Below, one piece after another: positions 47,479 through 58,125 of a DNA stretch of 64,000 nucleotides (positions are counted from its first letter, which is position 1; every line of letters begins with the position of its first letter). The translations under genes were made by a program, and so were the position numbers. The stretch comes from Acutalibacteraceae bacterium. Lineage in GTDB: Bacteria; Bacillota; Clostridia; Oscillospirales; Acutalibacteraceae. Below the pieces are notes generated by a model. The model did no database searches. It was not told the DNA's origin and saw only the letters and a list, made by a program, of their open reading frames with translations. The stretch spans positions 10,105-74,104 of the forward strand of contig JAZNKF010000065.1 of the NCBI GenBank assembly GCA_045578425.1, given 5' to 3'.

Positions 47479-48363
47479 TTAATACCGCAACTTATCATGC
47501 GCTACTTGCCGCAAATGGTCACCGTACGAGGATTTTCCGTACGCTTCGGCGGCTTTAAGTAATTGTTCTTTGGTAATCCAGCCTTTGATATATGCAATTT
47601 CTTCGGGGGCAGAAATTTGCACCGATTGGCGGCTTTGATTCATTTCCACAAATTGCGCCGCTTCCAGCAAACTTTTGAACGTGCCGGTATCCAGCCAAGC
47701 AAAGCCTCGGCCCAGCAATTCCACTGCCAAAGTACCTTCGTTTAAGTACATTTCATTCAGGGTGGTGATTTCCAATTCGCCGCGCGCCGACGGTTTGACT
47801 TGCTGAGCTTTTTGTGCTACACCGGCAGGGTAAAAATACAAGCCGGTCACAGCGTAATGGGATTTGGGCTGGGCGGGTTTTTCTTCAATCGAAATGGCTT
47901 TGCCGTTTTCGTCAAACTCTACCACACCAAAACGTTCGGGGTCCGAAACATGGTAGCCGAACACCGTTGCCGTTCCGTTTTGAGCATTTTGGTTGGCATT
48001 TGCCAAAATTTTGCTAAAACCGTTACCGTAAAAGATATTATCCCCTAGCACCATCGCACACGCATCATCACCGATGAACTCTTTGCCGATAATGAAGGCT
48101 TGTGCCAACCCGTCGGGAGAGGGTTGTACAGCATAGCTCAAATTCACTCCATAGCGGGAACCATCACCCAACAATTCCTTAAAACGAGGAGTATCGGAAG
48201 GAGTGGAAATGATTAAAATATCCCGAATACCTGCCAGCATCAACGTAGACATGGGATAATAAATCATGGGTTTATCGTACACAGGAAGCAGTTGTTTGCT
48301 GGTCACTAAGGTTAAGGGATACAACCGCGTACCGGACCCACCGGCTAAAATAATACCTTTCAT
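47479..48363 (-). CDS. rfbA: Glucose-1-phosphate thymidylyltransferase
   Basis: ATG 48363 follows [40 protein letters not shown] and LGDNIFYG are the canonical RmlA blocks. Confidence 0.95.
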   Translation of the reverse strand: MKGIILAGGSGTRLYPLTLVTSKQLLPVYDKPMIYYPMSTLMLAGIRDILIISTPSDTPRFKELLGDGSRYGVNLSYAVQPSPDGLAQAFIIGKEFIGDDACAMVLGDNIFYGNGFSKILANANQNAQNGTATVFGYHVSDPERFGVVEFDENGKAISIEEKPAQPKSHYAVTGLYFYPAGVAQKAQQVKPSARGELEITTLNEMYLNEGTLAVELLGRGFAWLDTGTFKSLLEAAQFVEMNQSRQSVQISAPEEIAYIKGWITKEQLLKAAEAYGKSSYGDHLRQVAHDKLRY

Positions 48364-48385
48364 TGTAGTACTCCTTTTTATAGAA

Positions 48386-49834
48386 TTAGACATCCTTTAT
48401 CGTACGAGGTGAACAGGAGACATACGCGGCAACCGCCAACAAAAACGCTACGCCCCATATCATCCAATGTGTAAAATTGCTCATCCAAGAAGCAAAGAAA
48501 CAAAGCACAACAGGTACCATAGTATTACACAAAATAAACAAGACAAAAATATTTTTGCTTTTGTCATAGAAGCCTTGAATGAATCCAAATATTAACGCCC
48601 ACAGCAGCGTACACAACATAACACCCCAAATTCCGAAATCATAAAAGAAATCGCCGATTAAATTAACGGTGTTAAAGTGGGGGCGAATGAAATAGTTGGG
48701 AGCTTCGCTAACCATTTGTTCGATGCGGTCACTCCTTACGATCACGTTAAAGGGAGCAAACTGCCTTGCACCGTAGGTATAGGTCGTGTTGTTTTGCACG
48801 GCTTCGTTAAAATTGTCATGACTGACGGTTAAGTAACTGTAAAGAAAAGCTGCTTTGGGAGACAATGAAAACGTGTTGTTCCCCGTATTCCCGCCACCGT
48901 TATTTCCGTCGGTAGGGTCGGAAGGATCCGTATCACCCGAATGATTGGGCAACTGAATTTGCGACGGTTGGAAGAAGGTGTTGAGCTGTTCGTTGGTGTA
49001 GTTGCGAAGTTCAGAAGCCAGCATATAACCGCTACCGATTACGGCAATGCAAAGAAGCAGTACCCACAGCCGTTTGCCGTGGAGATAATATACACACACT
49101 GATAACCCCAACGCTGCTACCACAAAGACACCACGGGATACCGCCAGAATGGGGAAAGCAAATATCAGATAAAAAATACATAAGCCCAAAATCACTTTTT
49201 TGAAAAGGCTTAGCGGTTGAGTAGCAATGCAATAGTAACACAAAGGCGCTACAGCCACTGCGGCTACGGCAAATACGTGTAGTTTGGTGTAAAATACAAC
49301 ATAGGCATTAAAGATATTGGAAAAAGCAGGAACAAAGCCCTTGATGGCGATGTTGGCAACAAAGCAAGCCAAGCCAACGAGAGTCGCAATCACACAAATG
49401 CCAAACAGACGGTTGGGGTGCTTTTTCAAATGGATTCTGCCTATTTTCAGCTTTTTGGCAACAGCAACAGCCTTGTCGCTGAAGGAAGGCGCCAGTTTCA
49501 ACCCCACTGTAACGCCTACTTGCAAGCACAGGTAAGTTGCTGACAACACAACCCACGTTTTATTAAGCCAAACTTCTTGATATTCAGCCAACCGCATAGA
49601 TGCCAAGCCAATGGTACCGAGCCATACGCCGGAAAAAACCGCTCGGAAATCCAGCCAGTTTCTATCAGACACAAAAAACACTTGCAGAAAATAAATGCCA
49701 ATTGCAGATAAAGCCAAAAGAAAAGCAAGCAAAAAATTATGTTCGGCTCCCAAAAATATGCCACTGAACAGAGCCATCGTACCGGTAAGCGCAGTTGCTA
49801 ACAGCCAAATAAGAGATCGCTTTCCTTGTGTCAT
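48386..49834 (-). CDS. Oligosaccharide repeat-unit polymerase-like membrane protein (Wzy-like)
   Basis: 482 aa with about 12 TM helices and a large external loop carrying a D/G/N/T low-complexity tract ([20 protein letters not shown]). Called from topology and glycan-locus context only. Confidence 0.55.
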   Translation of the reverse strand: MTQGKRSLIWLLATALTGTMALFSGIFLGAEHNFLLAFLLALSAIGIYFLQVFFVSDRNWLDFRAVFSGVWLGTIGLASMRLAEYQEVWLNKTWVVLSATYLCLQVGVTVGLKLAPSFSDKAVAVAKKLKIGRIHLKKHPNRLFGICVIATLVGLACFVANIAIKGFVPAFSNIFNAYVVFYTKLHVFAVAAVAVAPLCYYCIATQPLSLFKKVILGLCIFYLIFAFPILAVSRGVFVVAALGLSVCVYYLHGKRLWVLLLCIAVIGSGYMLASELRNYTNEQLNTFFQPSQIQLPNHSGDTDPSDPTDGNNGGGNTGNNTFSLSPKAAFLYSYLTVSHDNFNEAVQNNTTYTYGARQFAPFNVIVRSDRIEQMVSEAPNYFIRPHFNTVNLIGDFFYDFGIWGVMLCTLLWALIFGFIQGFYDKSKNIFVLFILCNTMVPVVLCFFASWMSNFTHWMIWGVAFLLAVAAYVSCSPRTIKDV

Positions 49835-50787
49835 AGGGTTTCTCCTTTACGTTTTCCGAAAATTGCCAACCAAATATCGCACAGCAGGGATGTTTTACAA
49901 AGATATTCGCCGGCATCGTTTTTATAAAGCCTAAGAACTTTCTTGAGGCTTTTACTGCGCAAAGCATCATCCCGTTGTTTAAGCAGCACCAACCGCTCCC
50001 TAATCTGCTGTCTGCTCTCTTCGCGCAAAAGCAGTTTTGAGTCCAAGATATCTTTCCACAACCGTTCGGAAACCGCAATTTCTTTCAGCTTTTTGGACAA
50101 ATTCAGCAATTTAGCAATCCGATGTTCTTCCCGAGCAGTGTTGTTTTCGTGACGGCGATGATAGGCCCCTACATACTGATATTCGTAAAAACGTCCACCA
50201 TCAGCGGCACAATGGGACAGTACTCGGTCGTGAGCGATTGTCAAATTCTTTGTTATCGGGTACAGAGTTTGCAAGTAAGTCGTTCGAACACACATCAGCA
50301 TGCCCAACCAGTAAAAACCGCGGAGCAGCTCTCGATGGCTCACAGACCGAATCTCGAAAGTTTCTTTTTTCTTACGGGCTAAAAGACTGTGCATTACACG
50401 GTCTTCCCCATCAATAATCTCAAATTTGCAGCAAAGTAAATCGATGTGAGGATTTTGTTCCATAACAGCAGTCATTTTTTCAATTTTATCCTGCTTCCAG
50501 ATGTCATCCTGGTCACACAAAAAAATCAAATCTGCCTGACATAAGGACATAGCCTTAAAGAAATTTTTGGCATAGCCCAAATTGTTTTCGTTAACTACCA
50601 AAGTCCATTTATCTGTCAGATTGTGTTTTTTGATATACTCTCTGACCACAGCAACGGTATTGTCGGTGGAGCCGTCATCACACAGCACCACCTGATTTGG
50701 CACTGTGGTCTGGTTACGGATAGACTCCAACTGTTTATGTAAAAAACGCTCACCGTTATATAACGCTATCGCAACTGCCGTTGTCAT
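49831..50787 (-). CDS. GT2-family glycosyltransferase
   Basis: VAIALYNGERFLHKQLESIRNQT, CDDGSTDNT and LCDQDDIW (DxD) are present. The gene overlaps its neighbour by 4 nt. Confidence 0.85.
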   Translation of the reverse strand: MTTAVAIALYNGERFLHKQLESIRNQTTVPNQVVLCDDGSTDNTVAVVREYIKKHNLTDKWTLVVNENNLGYAKNFFKAMSLCQADLIFLCDQDDIWKQDKIEKMTAVMEQNPHIDLLCCKFEIIDGEDRVMHSLLARKKKETFEIRSVSHRELLRGFYWLGMLMCVRTTYLQTLYPITKNLTIAHDRVLSHCAADGGRFYEYQYVGAYHRRHENNTAREEHRIAKLLNLSKKLKEIAVSERLWKDILDSKLLLREESRQQIRERLVLLKQRDDALRSKSLKKVLRLYKNDAGEYLCKTSLLCDIWLAIFGKRKGETL

Positions 50788-50816
50788 AAAATGGACCTCC
50801 CGAAGGCTATGGTAGA

Positions 50817-51788
50817 TTATTTTGTGGTCATTCGTACGATGTGATAAAACAGACGCTTAGAAACAATGTATATATAGGCGGCCAACTTTTGGAGTTTTTG
50901 CAAATTTCCAAACTGTGCCTTTTCTTTTCCCAGCGGTACCATCCGACACAGTTTTTCAAACTGTTTATAGGGCATCTGAACCGCCGCTTTGCGCAGAGTG
51001 GCCAGATAATACCGTGCACGTCCCATAGTCAGGAACACCCGAGAGCCCTCGTTATCGAGGGAACGGACAGTTTCTTCCATTCGATGAAACCCGTCCAAGG
51101 CAATCTGATATTTTTCTATCTTGGGTGTGTGCATTAACGAACCGGGGCGTTGGTAATATAGGTACAAACCCGCATCCAGCACAACGGTATGTTCTGCGTG
51201 CAGCAACACCTGCGTAATAAAAGGCACGTCCTCCAAATAAGTACACTGTTCATCAAACCAAAGACCCGTCTTAGTCAACCAGTCTCGATTCAAAATCAAA
51301 GCCCATGCACCAAACCACTTAGTGTAGTATTCTCGGATGATTTTTTCCCGTGGCAACATTCGGCAACCGTAATCCGCTCCTGAAACTGCGCGAACATCCG
51401 CTTGCGATTTCACAAGTTGATAATTGCAAACCGCTACGTTACCGTTATTTTCCGTAACAGCGCGATAGAGGAATTCCAAATAATGGTTGTCCAACCCATC
51501 ATCACTGTCCATAAACACAATCCAAGGAGAACGAGAACTGCGAATACCGGTGTTTCGAGCGCCAGGTAAACCCTTGTTATCCTGGTGAACCACGGTGTAA
51601 GCAAAACTTACACCGTGCAGTTTTTCGGTAAGGAGTGGATAGGTCTCATCTGTGGAACCATCATCCACGAACACCGCACAAAAGTCTCGAAAAGTCTGCG
51701 CTTCCAGCGTTTGCAACAAACTGTCAATATACTGTTTGCTGTTATACATAGGAATTACAACGTCAATCAGCGTTTCCGTTTGTACCAT
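50817..51788 (-). CDS. GT2-family glycosyltransferase
   Basis: VVIPMYNSKQYIDSLLQTLEAQT, VDDGSTDET and FMDSDD (DxD) are present. Confidence 0.85.
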   Translation of the reverse strand: MVQTETLIDVVIPMYNSKQYIDSLLQTLEAQTFRDFCAVFVDDGSTDETYPLLTEKLHGVSFAYTVVHQDNKGLPGARNTGIRSSRSPWIVFMDSDDGLDNHYLEFLYRAVTENNGNVAVCNYQLVKSQADVRAVSGADYGCRMLPREKIIREYYTKWFGAWALILNRDWLTKTGLWFDEQCTYLEDVPFITQVLLHAEHTVVLDAGLYLYYQRPGSLMHTPKIEKYQIALDGFHRMEETVRSLDNEGSRVFLTMGRARYYLATLRKAAVQMPYKQFEKLCRMVPLGKEKAQFGNLQKLQKLAAYIYIVSKRLFYHIVRMTTK

Positions 51789-52914
51789 CTCCTAACACAT
51801 CGCTTAACGTTTGGCGGAAGACTTTTTCTGTAAAGCAATTTTCGAACATTTCTTGCGCGTTATAACGCATGGCCGTGTTTTCCTGCGGGGTTTGCGATAC
51901 CACCGCTTGGGCAATTTGCGGTAAGGCATCGCGGTGGACATTAATACCGCAATTCCATTGCTCCACCAAATCCCACGTATCCACCTCAATGGTGTTTAAA
52001 ATGGGAAGACCGCCTGCAAAATAATCCATGGATTTCATGGTAAGACCGACACATACCGAGTCTTTCATAATGTTCAGACCAAAATGGCATTTATCAAAAA
52101 TTGCTTGTTTTTTGGCGGCATCGTAAATAGTTCCGTAATATTTCACCAACGCACCGGTGGCTTGTACCGCCCCCACAAACGCATCTTTGCTTTCGCCGCC
52201 CCCGATAATATGTAGGGTGACAGGACGTAAACGCTGTATGTGCCCAATCAGTTCGGCAATGGTGGGAATATCAATGATATTATTAATGGCACCCAAATAG
52301 CACAAATGCAACCGTTCGGTTTGCGTGACCGAAACCGGCGTAGTAACCGTGACATGCGGGCGGCACAAATGTAACACCTTGGTTGTTTCTTCTTTAACGA
52401 AAGGCAACAGTTTTTTGCGAAACAGGTTGCACTCCGTAAACACAAAATCCGCCACAGGCAACCCCAAATTGCGAAACCGTGCCCACACCTTGAACGGCCA
52501 TTTTAACAACTGCTTTGCGCGGTTGTTGGGAAAACATTCCGGCCACATATCAAAAATATCAAAAACCAATTTGACATTCGGGTTTTCTTTTTTGTACTTG
52601 GCAGCTTCCCTGCACAAGCTGTTAGGCGGTACTTCCACATACAATAAATCGGGTTGAATACGGCGAACTTCATCCATAACATTTTTTGCAAATTTCATGT
52701 GCGATACAATGCGCGAAAGCGAAATGTTTTTCGCATACGGTTTGGTAGGGATTTGTGTGCAATGCGGTAAATCCACACGGAATTTCTTTTTAGCCGTGTG
52801 GTTAAAATCCGAAGTTATGTAAACGCAATCATATCCGTGGTCACGCAAAAACGTTTCCACCGGCAAAATTCGTTCTTCATAATGATGAGTGCAACTGATA
52901 CAAACCGCTTTCAT
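51763..52914 (-). CDS. Glycosyltransferase-like protein (GT-B/GT4-like), first gene of the minus-strand glycan locus
   Basis: ATG 52914 (MKAVCISCTHHYEER) has GAGG upstream. The C-terminal half resembles a GT-B nucleotide-sugar domain (LHIIGGGE..., GLTMKSMDYFAGGLPILN). The family call is weak. Confidence 0.55.
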   Translation of the reverse strand: MKAVCISCTHHYEERILPVETFLRDHGYDCVYITSDFNHTAKKKFRVDLPHCTQIPTKPYAKNISLSRIVSHMKFAKNVMDEVRRIQPDLLYVEVPPNSLCREAAKYKKENPNVKLVFDIFDMWPECFPNNRAKQLLKWPFKVWARFRNLGLPVADFVFTECNLFRKKLLPFVKEETTKVLHLCRPHVTVTTPVSVTQTERLHLCYLGAINNIIDIPTIAELIGHIQRLRPVTLHIIGGGESKDAFVGAVQATGALVKYYGTIYDAAKKQAIFDKCHFGLNIMKDSVCVGLTMKSMDYFAGGLPILNTIEVDTWDLVEQWNCGINVHRDALPQIAQAVVSQTPQENTAMRYNAQEMFENCFTEKVFRQTLSDVLGDGTNGNAD

Positions 52915-53004
52915 ATCGTGAAAAACCTCGCTTTTTGCACATTTCCCCAAAAAGTATTCTAACAACATTCCGTTTCCAAAACTACCCAATTATACATTCG
53001 GTTT

Positions 53005-53033
53005 ATTATAGCATATTACAACATGTTTTGCAA
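53005..53033 (-). promoter_or_regulatory. Candidate sigma-A-type promoter for the minus-strand glycan locus
   Basis: Read on the minus strand: TTGCAA (53033-53028), a 17-nt spacer, then TATAAT (53010-53005). Confidence 0.55.
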
Positions 53034-53038
53034 TTTAA

Positions 53039-53053
53039 TTACAAAGCTGTAAC
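53039..53053. promoter_or_regulatory. Second copy of the palindromic 15-mer TTACAAAGCTGTAAC
   Basis: An exact match to 23598-23612. It lies immediately upstream of the -35 element of the minus-strand locus promoter, at about -41 to -55. Confidence 0.5.
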
Positions 53054-53113
53054 CTACTCAGCCATAACATATTTGTTGCGTAAAAAACATAGGAAATAAG
53101 CAGAGGTGTAAAC

Positions 53114-54511
53114 ATGAAAAAACTACTTCACATAATTGAAAGTATCAATTCTACCGTGATTTGGGGTATTCCCATGGTAACGCTCCTACTCGGCGTCGGT
53201 ATGATTTTGTTGTTCGTCACCAAAGGCGCTTTGTTTCGGCATTTCGGTATTGTCGTGCGATACACGGTACGTACGTTGTTTCGAAAACACTCCTCCGTTG
53301 ATGGCAGTATCACACCGTTTCAAGCGGTATGTACCGCCCTTGCTGCCACCGTCGGCACGGGAAATATTGTAGGAGTTGCGTTGGCAATTACAACGGGAGG
53401 ACCGGGTGCTTTGTTTTGGATGTGGGTTTCCGCCTTGGCGGGAATGGTTATTAAATACGGTGAAGTCACCTTGTCGGTCGCCTACCGCACCAAAAACCTC
53501 CAAGGAGAAATGGTGGGAGGTCCGATGTATTACATTGAAAACGGTTGCGGCATCAAATGGTTAGCCGTCTTGTTTGCCCTTTTCGGCACCATTGCTTCCT
53601 TCGGTATCGGATCCGGTGTGCAGGCACACGCTTTGGCAAACAGTATGCAAACCGCCTTTTTTGTTCCGCTGTGGCTATCCGGTGCAGCGGTAGCATTATT
53701 GGCGGGATTGGTACTTGTCGGCGGTGTTTGTCGCATCGCCCATGCCACAGAGGTTTTGGTACCGATTATGTCTTTGTTATACATGGTGGGAGCTTTTATC
53801 GTGTTGATGGTAAACGCTGCCGGCATTCCGCGGGCCTTTGCTCAAATTTTCCATGCCGCGTTTACCAATACCGCTGCCACCGGCGGTTTTATGGGTGCCA
53901 CGGTTGCTCAGGCTTGTCGTGTGGGTATTTCACGCGGCGTTTTCACGCACGAGGCAGGTATGGGCTCTGCGCCCATTGCTCACGCCCCCGCTTGTACCGA
54001 CCATCCGGCACGTCAGGGATTATGGGGTGCTTTTGAAGTGTTTTTTGACAGCATTGTCATGTGTACCGTCACCGGACTGGTCATCCTCACATCCGGTTTA
54101 TGGTCTACCGCTCCCGCCATACCCGCCACCGCCATGTGCTCTGAAGCTTTTGAAAACGCCTTTTCGGGCGGACGCTATATCGTTTCTATCGGCTTGGTGT
54201 TGTTTGCGTTTGCTACCATTATTGCCTGGTATTATTACGGTGAAAAATGTGTGGAATACCTTTTCCCCAAACGAAAAATAGTAATTACCATATACCGCGT
54301 TTTGTATGTTGGCACAACCTTTGCGGCTTGTCTTTTTCGCTTGGATACCGTTTGGGCTTTTACCGATTTCTTTAACGGGTTAATGGCATTGCCTAACTTG
54401 CTGGCACTGCTTATTTTATCACCGGTTATCCGACGATTGAGTCATAATTTTTTCAAAAGCCCACATTGCCTGCGCGCAAAAGATGAGGATTTTAGCCGCT
54501 TATTGCGATAA
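53114..54511 (+). CDS. Alanine/glycine:cation symporter (AGCS family)
   Basis: 465 aa with ITPFQAVCTALAATVGTGNIVGVALAI, YYIENG and GVFTHEAGMGSAPIAHA, the canonical AGCS blocks. Confidence 0.9.
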   Translation: MKKLLHIIESINSTVIWGIPMVTLLLGVGMILLFVTKGALFRHFGIVVRYTVRTLFRKHSSVDGSITPFQAVCTALAATVGTGNIVGVALAITTGGPGALFWMWVSALAGMVIKYGEVTLSVAYRTKNLQGEMVGGPMYYIENGCGIKWLAVLFALFGTIASFGIGSGVQAHALANSMQTAFFVPLWLSGAAVALLAGLVLVGGVCRIAHATEVLVPIMSLLYMVGAFIVLMVNAAGIPRAFAQIFHAAFTNTAATGGFMGATVAQACRVGISRGVFTHEAGMGSAPIAHAPACTDHPARQGLWGAFEVFFDSIVMCTVTGLVILTSGLWSTAPAIPATAMCSEAFENAFSGGRYIVSIGLVLFAFATIIAWYYYGEKCVEYLFPKRKIVITIYRVLYVGTTFAACLFRLDTVWAFTDFFNGLMALPNLLALLILSPVIRRLSHNFFKSPHCLRAKDEDFSRLLR

Positions 54512-54520
54512 AAGGCATAT

Positions 54521-54549
54521 TTGACAGCCCTAAAACAGAGTGATATAAT
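54521..54549 (+). promoter_or_regulatory. Consensus sigma-A promoter
   Basis: TTGACA (54521-54526), an exact 17-nt spacer, then TATAAT (54544-54549), 32 nt upstream of the next start codon. Confidence 0.65.
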
Positions 54550-54580
54550 GAAATCACCAAAATGATGAGGGGTGTTTTTT

Positions 54581-55759
54581 ATGTGGTCTTTAATTTTAAC
54601 CATTTTTTCGGCAGTGATATTGCTGCTATCCTTGCTGTTCTGCGTTTGGTTCAGCTATCGCCGCGGTGTGTTTAACACCGCGTTGCGGTTTGGATGCTTT
54701 TTATTGGGTGGTATTATTTCGTTTGTACTCGTTAAGTTACTTTCGCCGGTCATTGTTTCCTCCGTGTTGCCGTTGCTGACCGAAAACATCGGAGAAGAAG
54801 CCAATCAAATTCTGAGTTTACCCACACTGCAAACATTGCTTATCCGTTTGGCGGCAGGAGTGGTATCGCCTTTGTTGTTTGCGATTGTGTTCTTCTTGGT
54901 GGAAAAGCTCACGTTCTTTATTTACATACCGCTTAAGAAAAAATTTGCTAACCACGAAAAACTGCACGGTATGCCGCACGACAAGTTATACGGTGCATTA
55001 TTGGGTGTGGTGTTAGCGATAGCAACCACCATTGCGTGGGTCATGCCTATCAGCGGATATACCTACTTTGCAGGCAGCACGATTGCCTCTGTCAGTAAAA
55101 TCGAACTGGTAGAACTTCCTGACGATGCGGTGCAACTGGCAGAGGAGTTTGCCAACTCCCCCATCGCCAAAGTTGACCATGTATTTACCGGGTGGTTGTT
55201 CCAATCGTTGTCTGCCGATTTGGGGAAAGCCGCCGATACGGTAGCCACCCTTGCCGAGGTTGCCGATTCCTTTACCACAGATTTGTCCGAAGGTGAAATC
55301 CCCCTTGATGCCATTACCGAGGTGCTTACCTCCAAAGAAACAGCCACCTTTACCATTGGTCTGATTCGTGATTTGTTGCCAACGGTAGTTCCCACCGAAA
55401 ACGCCGTTGCCTCTAATTTGGTTAGCGCAATCACCAAAGGTTTGGATGATTTGTTGGCGGCGCAGAAAAAACTTTCCGACGAAGAATTCCAAAAGGAAAT
55501 GCAATCGTTGACCGAAATGGCAACCTTGTTGCAAGACCCGAGCAAGGCTTCTGTGGTTACCGCTGTAGAAACCATTTTAAAATCGAAATACATTTCCACA
55601 GCCATTACCGAGCAAAGCGATGCCATTTTGCAAGAATTGAAAGGTGAATCCATCACGCTTTCCAAATCCGAAGAACAGCAGTTAAAATCTCTGCTGGAAC
55701 AATATACCGAAAATCCCGAACTAAAAAACTTCGCGGAGCAATTATTCGGTCTTAAATAA
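54581..55759 (+). CDS. CvpA-like membrane protein with long acidic helical C-terminal domain
   Basis: ATG 54581 lies 8 nt after GAGGGG. The N-terminal four TM helices resemble CvpA family proteins, and the C-terminal ~230 aa are soluble and Ala/Glu/Leu/Thr-rich. Confidence 0.5.
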   Translation: MWSLILTIFSAVILLLSLLFCVWFSYRRGVFNTALRFGCFLLGGIISFVLVKLLSPVIVSSVLPLLTENIGEEANQILSLPTLQTLLIRLAAGVVSPLLFAIVFFLVEKLTFFIYIPLKKKFANHEKLHGMPHDKLYGALLGVVLAIATTIAWVMPISGYTYFAGSTIASVSKIELVELPDDAVQLAEEFANSPIAKVDHVFTGWLFQSLSADLGKAADTVATLAEVADSFTTDLSEGEIPLDAITEVLTSKETATFTIGLIRDLLPTVVPTENAVASNLVSAITKGLDDLLAAQKKLSDEEFQKEMQSLTEMATLLQDPSKASVVTAVETILKSKYISTAITEQSDAILQELKGESITLSKSEEQQLKSLLEQYTENPELKNFAEQLFGLK

Positions 55760-55769
55760 AAAACAACTG

Positions 55770-55813
55770 TAAAAAGCGGTGTTCAGCGCTACGCGCTGAA
55801 CACCGCTTTTTTG
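55770..55813. terminator. Bidirectional intrinsic terminator
   Basis: A 16-bp stem AAGCGGTGTTCAGCGC (55774-55789) pairs with GCGCTGAACACCGCTT (55793-55808), with A5 upstream and T6 downstream. Confidence 0.8.
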
Positions 55814-55814
55814 C

Positions 55815-56177
55815 TTATCTATCTGCCCACGTAATAAAATCGTAACTTTTGAGGATATTCAAAAACTGCGCCAAACGTTCATAAAGCGGCTCTGTTGCCT
55901 CGCCCATTTGGGCTTTTAGTTGTTCACCAATGGCAAACACCGTTTTCTCACCATCAATGAGTGGCCACACCACACTGCCCATATTATCCAAATGGACGTA
56001 ACTGATAGGCGGTTTTTTGAACAATTTTTGCGCTATGCGATTAAACAATCCCGTGTTTTTGACGAGCAAAGTAATCATACCATCTTCTTCCTGTTGCCAC
56101 TCCAAATCCGAAGCACGGCACGGCACACGGTCGAGCAAATTTGCGGGTTGTTGCTTTTTCTTATTCATCGGCAACAT
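55815..56177 (-). CDS. PqqD-family (RRE-like) small protein
   Basis: 120 aa. The pattern HLDNMGSVVWPLIDGEKTVFAIGEQLKAQMGE...PLYERLAQFLNILKSYDFI fits the PqqD/RRE winged-helix signature. It overlaps the OPT stop by 17 nt. Confidence 0.6.
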   Translation of the reverse strand: MLPMNKKKQQPANLLDRVPCRASDLEWQQEEDGMITLLVKNTGLFNRIAQKLFKKPPISYVHLDNMGSVVWPLIDGEKTVFAIGEQLKAQMGEATEPLYERLAQFLNILKSYDFITWADR

Positions 56178-58062
56178 CTACTTTGTTGGATTTTGCCCAC
56201 AAGCTAAATTTGAGAAACACCAAAATCAGCACACCAAACAATACCAACCCGCCAATATTGGAGACCGAAACGGGAATACCAAACCGCTCGGCAAGATTAA
56301 TAGTCTTATCAATACCAAAGATGGCAAACAACGCCAACAAGATACCTACCAATCCTTCGCCCGCAATCATACCCGAACTGAACAAAATTCCATCGTTAAT
56401 AATTTTACCTTTGCGTTGTTCATCGGTTTTCAGTTTATCAAAGGCGAGTCGCACAAGACCGCCGACCATGATACAAGCATTCAGTTGCACCGGCAAATAC
56501 AAACCAATGGCAAACGGCAATACAGGAACACGCAACAACTCTGCGACAACCGCAATGCACGCACCCGATAAAATCAGTGCCCACGGCAAGTTCCCGTCCA
56601 TAACGCCTTCGATAATCATTTTCATCATGCTCGCTTGTGGCGCTTCCAAACCGTTTCCGCCAAAGCCCCACGCGGCATCCAACAAATACAACGTACCGCC
56701 AATGGCCAAGCCGGAAGAGATAACACCAAAAATTTCGCCAATTTGTTGTTTGACAGGGGTAGCACCGAGCAAATATCCGGTTTTTAAATCTTGCGAGGTA
56801 TCACCCGCAATCGCCGTGACAATACACACAATCGAGGCAATGGCAATCGCGCTGGACATACCGCGCGGGCCAACCATACCGGTAGCACGTAACAAAACAG
56901 TGGCAACCAACACCGTAGCAATCGTCATGCCGGAAACCGGGTTGTTACTGCTACCGACCAAACCAACCATTCGCGAGGAAACGGTGGCAAAGAAAAAGCC
57001 AAAAACCACAATAATAATGGCGCCAATGAGGTTGACGGGAATAATATCTACCAACCAAATCACCAAAGTTAAAACAACGACCCCCAAAATAACAAACAAG
57101 AAGTTCATGTCTTTTTCGGTGCGTTTACCGGATACTGCCGCTTTGCCCGACAGTCCTTTAATGGAATCACTGAACGTTTTGACAATCAACGGCAACGATT
57201 TAATCAAACTAATAAAACCGCCGGCAACCAACGCACCTGCGCCAATGTACTTGACGTAATCCCCCCAAATACCGTACGCGCCGCCGGCAGCATACGCTTC
57301 GCTCACCGCGTCACCGCCGAAAAACACAATCAGCGGAATGAGTACGAGCCAGCTCATCACACCGCCGCTGAACATCACCGACGAAATTTTGGGGCCACAA
57401 ATATATCCCACACTCATTACTGCAGGATAAATTTGCGTACCAATGGTACCGGCAAAACCTCTGAAAGTAAGGGAAATCTCGCCCGCAACGGCTTTGAGAC
57501 CATCAATAATAAATTTGAACAACGCAGCAAAGCCCATACCGGCAAACACTTTAGAAGCACTGCTGCCGCCCTTTTCACCTGCCAAGATGACTTCGGCACA
57601 AGCCGTACCTTCGGGATACGGTAAGATACCGTGTTCTTTGACAATAAGAGCGTTACGTAACGGCACCATAAAGAAAATTCCCAGCATACCGCCAATCAAG
57701 GCAATCAATGTAATTTCCACAATGCCGGGCTTGTCCACTACGCCTTCCGATGCCCAAATGAACAGTGCCGGCAACGTAAAGATGGCACCCGCCGCCAACG
57801 ATTCACCCGAGGAGCCGATAGTCTGTACCATGTTGGTTTCCAACACCGAGTTTTTACGCATAATCATTTTGATAACACCCATCGCTATAACCGCCGACGG
57901 AATGGATGCCGAAACCGTCATACCGACTTTCAGACCTAAATACGCGTTAGCAGCACCAAAAATAACCGCCAACAGCATACCCACGATTACAGAAGTAACC
58001 GTCAGTTCCGGCGTGATTTTATCCGCCGGAATATACGGTTTAAACGTGTTTTGCTTTTCCAT
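56161..58062 (-). CDS. OPT-family oligopeptide transporter
   Basis: 633 aa. The N-terminus PELTVTSVIVGMLLAVIFGAANAYLGLKVGMTVSASIPSAV and about 16 TM helices are characteristic of the bacterial OPT family. Confidence 0.9.
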   Translation of the reverse strand: MEKQNTFKPYIPADKITPELTVTSVIVGMLLAVIFGAANAYLGLKVGMTVSASIPSAVIAMGVIKMIMRKNSVLETNMVQTIGSSGESLAAGAIFTLPALFIWASEGVVDKPGIVEITLIALIGGMLGIFFMVPLRNALIVKEHGILPYPEGTACAEVILAGEKGGSSASKVFAGMGFAALFKFIIDGLKAVAGEISLTFRGFAGTIGTQIYPAVMSVGYICGPKISSVMFSGGVMSWLVLIPLIVFFGGDAVSEAYAAGGAYGIWGDYVKYIGAGALVAGGFISLIKSLPLIVKTFSDSIKGLSGKAAVSGKRTEKDMNFLFVILGVVVLTLVIWLVDIIPVNLIGAIIIVVFGFFFATVSSRMVGLVGSSNNPVSGMTIATVLVATVLLRATGMVGPRGMSSAIAIASIVCIVTAIAGDTSQDLKTGYLLGATPVKQQIGEIFGVISSGLAIGGTLYLLDAAWGFGGNGLEAPQASMMKMIIEGVMDGNLPWALILSGACIAVVAELLRVPVLPFAIGLYLPVQLNACIMVGGLVRLAFDKLKTDEQRKGKIINDGILFSSGMIAGEGLVGILLALFAIFGIDKTINLAERFGIPVSVSNIGGLVLFGVLILVFLKFSLWAKSNKVDVADE

Positions 58063-58125
58063 GAAAATAAACCTTCCTATTCGTTAAGTTTTTAACAGTA
58101 TATCATGTTTAGCAAAAGAAAGCAA

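Noticed and set aside
55815-56177. A RiPP biosynthetic cluster, implied by the PqqD-like protein.
   Set aside because: There is no radical-SAM, YcaO, lasso cyclase or protease, or short precursor ORF within the flanking 5 kb. The neighbours are an OPT transporter, PepD and a CvpA-like protein.
56141-57259. A 372-aa plus-strand ORF antisense to the OPT transporter gene.
   Set aside because: The OPT frame is an unmistakable family match over 633 aa. The antisense product is Pro/Thr/Lys/Ile-rich with no recognisable domain or RBS.
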